Notes under the pieces: model-generated
Database searches by the model: none
Told to the model about the DNA's origin: nothing
Seen by the model: the letters and a program-made list of their open reading frames with translations, nothing else
NCBI GenBank assembly: GCA_965644295.1
Contig: CBFFRP010000266.1
Span: 1 to 40,169 of the forward strand
Direction: 5' to 3'
From: Paraphysomonas bandaiensis
Taxonomy: Eukaryota > Protista > Chrysophyceae
DNA length: 40,169 nucleotides
Translations under genes and position numbers: made by a program
Shown: in pieces, positions 35,300 through 40,169 of the stretch
Numbering within the stretch: position 1 is the stretch's first letter
How the letters are laid out: each line of letters starts with the position of its first letter

Positions 35300-36034
35300 A
35301 TGGGAAATTGCTGTCCGTGTTGGAAACATGAGATGTATGATAGAGTGCCTGATAATGATACAGTGCATACAACAGATGAGAGATTACACACCCCTAACAA
35401 TACAATACAACAACAACAACAACATACACATTCAGGAGGGAAGAAACCATCTCATCAAACGGTAAATACTTGTATTTATATGATAAGATATACATCGTCA
35501 TTGTTATCATATAGAGATCTGATGAAGAGTCATATGAAGATCGTACAGATGCTGTAACATCAGTGCAATCAACTGAACCAAAGCTTGCATATGATCCCAA
35601 TGCTTTACCTTTTAAAGGATGTGAAGTGCTTCAGAAATTTAATAACAATCAATCATATACGAAAAGGTGTGTATTCAGTATGTAGTTGAATCATGTTATG
35701 TAAATTACATGCAGTGCGTATACCCATTAATGTTTATCGCTTGTGCAGATATGTCTGGCTGAATAATTCTTCTCGAACGATCCATATGTCACAGCACATG
35801 ACTAAGGAAAGAAGACACAAAGAAGCAAGCTTAGCAGATGTAACTTCTGTAGTTGCGGGTCCCCCGGTGAAGAAGAAACCAGAGGCAGATTGCGGCATTG
35901 CTGATCTCTGCTTGACTGTCAACTTTAAGAGGGGTGGTGGTATTGATTTGCAGTTTAAATCCAAGGAAGAGAGAGACAGTTGGTACGACACATTACTTGG
36001 TATTGTTGCGGAGATCGATCGGAATAAAGTGTGA
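35300..36034 (+). CDS. N-acylated PH-domain protein (~199 aa, 3 exons)
   Basis: Exons 35300-35461, 35515-35666, 35749-36034; N-terminus MGNCCPCWK; PH-like LQKF...KRYVWL...LTVNF...IDLQFKSKEERDSWYDTL. Confidence 0.8.
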
Positions 36035-36286
36035 CTCTATTCACTTACGCAGTATAGTTGCTGATTTTTTGTTAAGGTTATTCATGGTGGAATAGGGTAG
36101 CATGTTATAAGTTTTTATAGAAATAATTTGTGGTTTTGCATGCTGCATTATGCAGTAACCTCCTAGTAATCGTTTTCACTATGTTATTATTAGTATCATT
36201 TGAACTTACTGCTCACAGAGGAACTTGAAATTGCAATGCCTATTGCATTTCCATTTCAGTTCTTTAACTGTCGGAACCCATAGGTG

Positions 36287-38406
36287 TATTAGAATATGGA
36301 TCTTATTCTAGTATATTCAGTATGTCACTTGAAGACAATGTACGAGAATACAGTAAAATATAGTGATGCACAAATGCTGTGATGATATTGAGAAACTGAA
36401 ATAGTTTGATCTTTCAAGATATGTTTAGTAACGAGAGGTTCACATGTGTAGGAGATTATGCATGGAACAAAATGAGTTTGTGTTGTTTATCACAACTTCG
36501 CGTAAACGATATTAATACATCTATCTAGTGTAACGACAATTTCTTGTTGAGTTTTGCTGTTTGAGCAATTAAAAGCTGTAATTCTAAGATATTGGAATTA
36601 TGACGGTTACTGGAGAATACAGTAGTGATGAGCTGTATTATGAGAAGTGATATCATGACGATGTAAGATCGTACTAGAAATGAGTGGTAGTAGAGATAAC
36701 GTGATATATAGTTTATTATATTTATTATAATCTTCTCTTATCTTAACTTGATTCATGAGTGAATACACGTCCAGTTAACTTAGTAATCATCCAATTGTGT
36801 CATAACTTGACATGGTAGCGAGTGATAGTTGGAAGCAAGCAACTGCTGAAGTGTGACCATTGGAATGTACTGGACAGAGAAGTAGGAGTGATACTGCTGT
36901 GTACAGTAGAAACATACAGTATATAGGATATAAAACCAGTATTATTTATGAAAATCGGGGTTTTCATACGAACATGACAGAAAAAGTAGACTGGAAATGA
37001 TGACTGCTATTGTTATGTACTGTAGCTATGTTGTAGTGGTTGATGAATGTATGAACCCTCTGAAGAGACCTGCATAATTATCAGAATGATGTCTACCCAT
37101 GGATGGAGTGTGAGCACGGTGATTCAGTAATTTGTCTGATTCTGTGGATGGGGGTGTAGTGTGCTATCGATGGGGGTGCGAGTGATGAGGAGTTGTGTTA
37201 ATTGTGTTATATAAGATGAGAGCATCTCCTCATGTGATGGAATGCTATCGATGATGAGCTTGAGGAGGTTGTTGTCAAGAGTGACCCACTGGTTCGAGCT
37301 GTTGCAGAGTTCGGCCATCGTATAGTCAATATAGACGTGTATAACCGCCGGCTGTACTAAAAACCTCGTTCTTGTGTCGACAAGAGAGGTGGGTCTTCAT
37401 CTACGCCGGCTTCGTGGGGAGCGCACAATAAGTCTATACGGCGGATGAGATTCCAGGGAAGAGATTGTCCCTTCGTACTTTGCCTAGTGATACTGTGTAT
37501 ACTAAGTCTAGTGAGATCAGCGTGAATCGTGTCTGTGAGACTGTACCTGCTGAGTCTAGGGAGACTTTTGTGGTAAGCGTACGGGTGTTGACTAGTGTGT
37601 CCACCCTGGGTGAGGTAAACCTTTATGATGAGGAGATTGTCAATCTGTGTGATGACAGTGACTGTTCTAATAACTAACATAATATGTCTAATTGTAGAGA
37701 GACCAAGTCACAATATATGCGAAGTTTGTTAATTGCCTTGATTTGCTTCAGTCTGCTGGCATGCAGGAACTGGTGTGGCTTCGGGGGGTGTTGGTCGAAG
37801 TGGGACTTCGATTGTTGTACGAACCCACTCCATTCTTCCTGACAGCCAGGGTGCTCGCAACTTAGCGTTGAAGTTGAATGATGTGGTGTGATTGATCTCA
37901 GTGACGAGGATAAGAAATCATACGTGCTGGTTATCAGAGACAGAAGATCATACAGATGTGTTGTCTATGGTGAGGCTAGCTGAAACGTCGGAGCCATACG
38001 TCCACCTGTTTGTCCTATATGGTTTCGGTGGTTGCGTATCCGTCAGTTATGTCTTGTGATGTAAGGATTCAATCTACAGCTTTGAATTGAGAGGGAGTGT
38101 TGAGTTTTGCTGTTTGAGCAATTAAAAGCTGTAATTCTAAGATATTGGAATTATGACGGTTACTGGAGAATACAGTAGTGATGAGCTGTATTATGAGAAG
38201 TGATATCATGACGATGTAAGATCGTACTAGAAATGAGTGGTAGTAGAGATAACGTGATATATTGCTTATTATATTTATTATAATCTTCTCTTATCTTAAC
38301 TTGATTAATGAGTGAATACACGTCCAGTTAACTTAGTAATCATCCAATTGTGTCATAACTTGACATTTCTCTCTGAGATTTAGTTAAGAATGAGCAATTT
38401 CCAACA
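36287..38406 (-). mobile_element. Solo LTR, family B, split by a nested LTR element
   Basis: TSD AGGTG (36282-36286, 38407-38411); minus-strand ends TGTTGG...TTCTAATA; homologous to 319-592 once 36545-38370 is removed. Confidence 0.8.
36545..38365 (+). mobile_element. Non-autonomous copia-derived LTR element (TRIM-like, 1821 bp), family C
   Basis: 268-bp LTRs 36545-36812 and 38098-38365 (TG...CA, 3 mismatches); TSD TTTCT; PBS TGGTAGCGAG at 36813; PPT TTGAGAGGGAG at 38087-38097; RNase H relic GMQELVWLRGVL...PTPFF/DSQGARNLA at ~37758-37873. Confidence 0.92.
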
Positions 38407-38739
38407 AGGTGTATTCACTAGCCATAAAACGCGATTCGGCAAGCGTTGGTAAGATAGCATCACAAAGGGTTAGAATTGCATGCCAGATAGTATTGCCTCC
38501 TCTAATACAGTTTGTTATTTTCAAAATAAAGTAAGGGTTTATGGAGATATAAAAATTAGTCCACATAATCATTGAAAATAAATTGAGTACAGTGATCTTC
38601 ATGCTATAAACTAGTCTCATAGGTAAAATAGATGTGAAATCTTATCAAGATACATATATAACTAGCAGTCAACTAGATATATAGTTATGTGGGATTCTCT
38701 CCCACTAAAACACACCTTTAACCTCTTCGGGGTCGCTTC

Positions 38740-40169
38740 TTCTGCTGCTCCTCAACTCTGGTTGACACACTTCTCCTAACCCCGGTAATAGTTTTCTCAT
38801 GACGACTGAAAAGTTTCGTTGACAATGCCTTCGTAAGAAAATATCAGCCGCCATATCATCCGTCGACACATGAATCAACTTTGCCGCCGTAGGAAATTTT
38901 CCATTTACATGCTCTTTCTCTCACCCAGTGATACTTGATGTCTATATGCTTCGACCTCTTATGATACACAGGATTCTCGGAGAGATCTTTCGCACTCTTG
39001 CTATCCATAAAGAATGGAGTCAGCTTCGCAACTAAGAGCCCGAGCTCCTTGAACACCCCCGAAGCCACAGTTCTTGCATAGCCGCATACTCCGCCATATA
39101 TTCAGATTCCATGCTCGAAGTTGCAACTGTGGTCTGTAGTTTAGACTGCCAGGCCAATGCGCCTGCACATAAGAACACAATGTATCCTGTTGTCGATCGC
39201 CGAGTCAGTCTATCACCAGCCCAATCTGAATCACTGAACACATGTAAGTCGAACTCACTCCCACTGAATCTGATGCCCTCATCAATTGTTCCACGCAAAT
39301 ATTTCAATAAGTGAATCGCCAGTTTGCACGATGCATATGTCGGACAACTACTAAATCGAGACAATAACCCCACTGCATAAGCCAGATCAGGTCTAGTATG
39401 CATTGCTAGATACAACACTGCTCCAATAATTTGCCGATACGGAAATGAGTCAACCCACTGCTTCTGCTCCTCCGTAAGTTCACGTTCCTCTGCCAACAGA
39501 TCCTGAACATTAGTAGGTAGTGGGGCCTCCTTATTCTTACTACTCTTTCCCATAACTGAGCTGAATTTCTTGATAATATTCTTAGCATACTCAGATTGAT
39601 CTAACATATACCAATTTTCTCCTCTGGTTATCCTGATGTTCAGAAATCGCTTACACACTCCCAGATCATGCATCTCGAATGTTTCACAGAACCTACGCTT
39701 TACGCTTTCCAAGTAAGTCAGATCAGCGGATGCAATTATGATATCATCAACATATATCAATAATAAATGCAGTTTTCCGTTACTCCATCGCATATACAAA
39801 CACGTATCCAAAATACACGGAGTAAAATGCAATGATTTAATAAACTTGTCAATATGTTTATTCCACTGTCGCGGTGAAGATCGCAGTCCATACAATGCCT
39901 TGATTAGTTGAAAACACCATCCAGCTAGTAATTCCTCATCTGGTGGAGGTGCCATACACGTCATCCTCCAGATCTGCATAGCAAAATGCGGATGATACAT
40001 CTAATTGATGCACATGCATCTGTAACATAAACGCAATCGCTAACACTAGTCTAATGGTTATACCCTTAACCACTGGAGCGAAAGTGGACGGCTCCTCCTC
40101 CTTCTTCTCTTGGAGATTTCCTAATGCCACTAGCCGAGCCTTGTACTTTACTATATTCCCTAGTATGTC
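38740..40169 (-). pseudogene. Second copia pol (RT-RNase H), frameshifted, runs off the window end
   Basis: QLDVSSAFC, ALYGLRSSPR, YVDD, TRPDLAYAV, DSDWAGD, SKHIDIKYHWVRE spread over several frames (shifts near 39960, 39058, 38910); no adjacent PPT/3' LTR recognised. Confidence 0.9.

Noticed and set aside
36287-38406. 3' LTR of the copia at 38740-40169
   Set aside because: It has its own TSD (AGGTG) on both sides and no adjacent PPT, so it is an independent solo LTR.

Overview
Eukaryotic nuclear DNA from an AT-rich protist with short GT-AG introns (mostly 46-65 bp; stramenopile/ochrophyte-like is my inference). Spliced host genes: V-ATPase subunit d, two tandem copies of a ~1270-aa VWA-domain gene, Paf1, a LAMTOR1/p18-like gene, an NHL/beta-propeller mucin-stalk membrane protein, a highly divergent Amt-family transporter and an acylated PH-domain protein. 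Transposons are dense and nested: a complete Ty1/copia with identical 293-bp LTRs and TG...TA ends, two solo LTRs, a non-autonomous LTR element inside one solo LTR, a decayed second copia, two hAT derivatives, a Tc1/mariner-type MITE, and a Mutator/foldback-like element carrying a 42 x 28-bp minisatellite inserted at a stop codon. Best leads: (1) an open-frame Amt with both twin-His residues replaced by Phe; (2) two unrelated proteins sharing the N-terminus MGxCCPCWK, near V-ATPase d, LAMTOR1 and the odd Amt, possibly a vacuolar nutrient-sensing neighbourhood (speculative); (3) a ~6.1-kb tandem duplication with a template-switch-like junction. All gene models and family calls were made by eye, without database searches.
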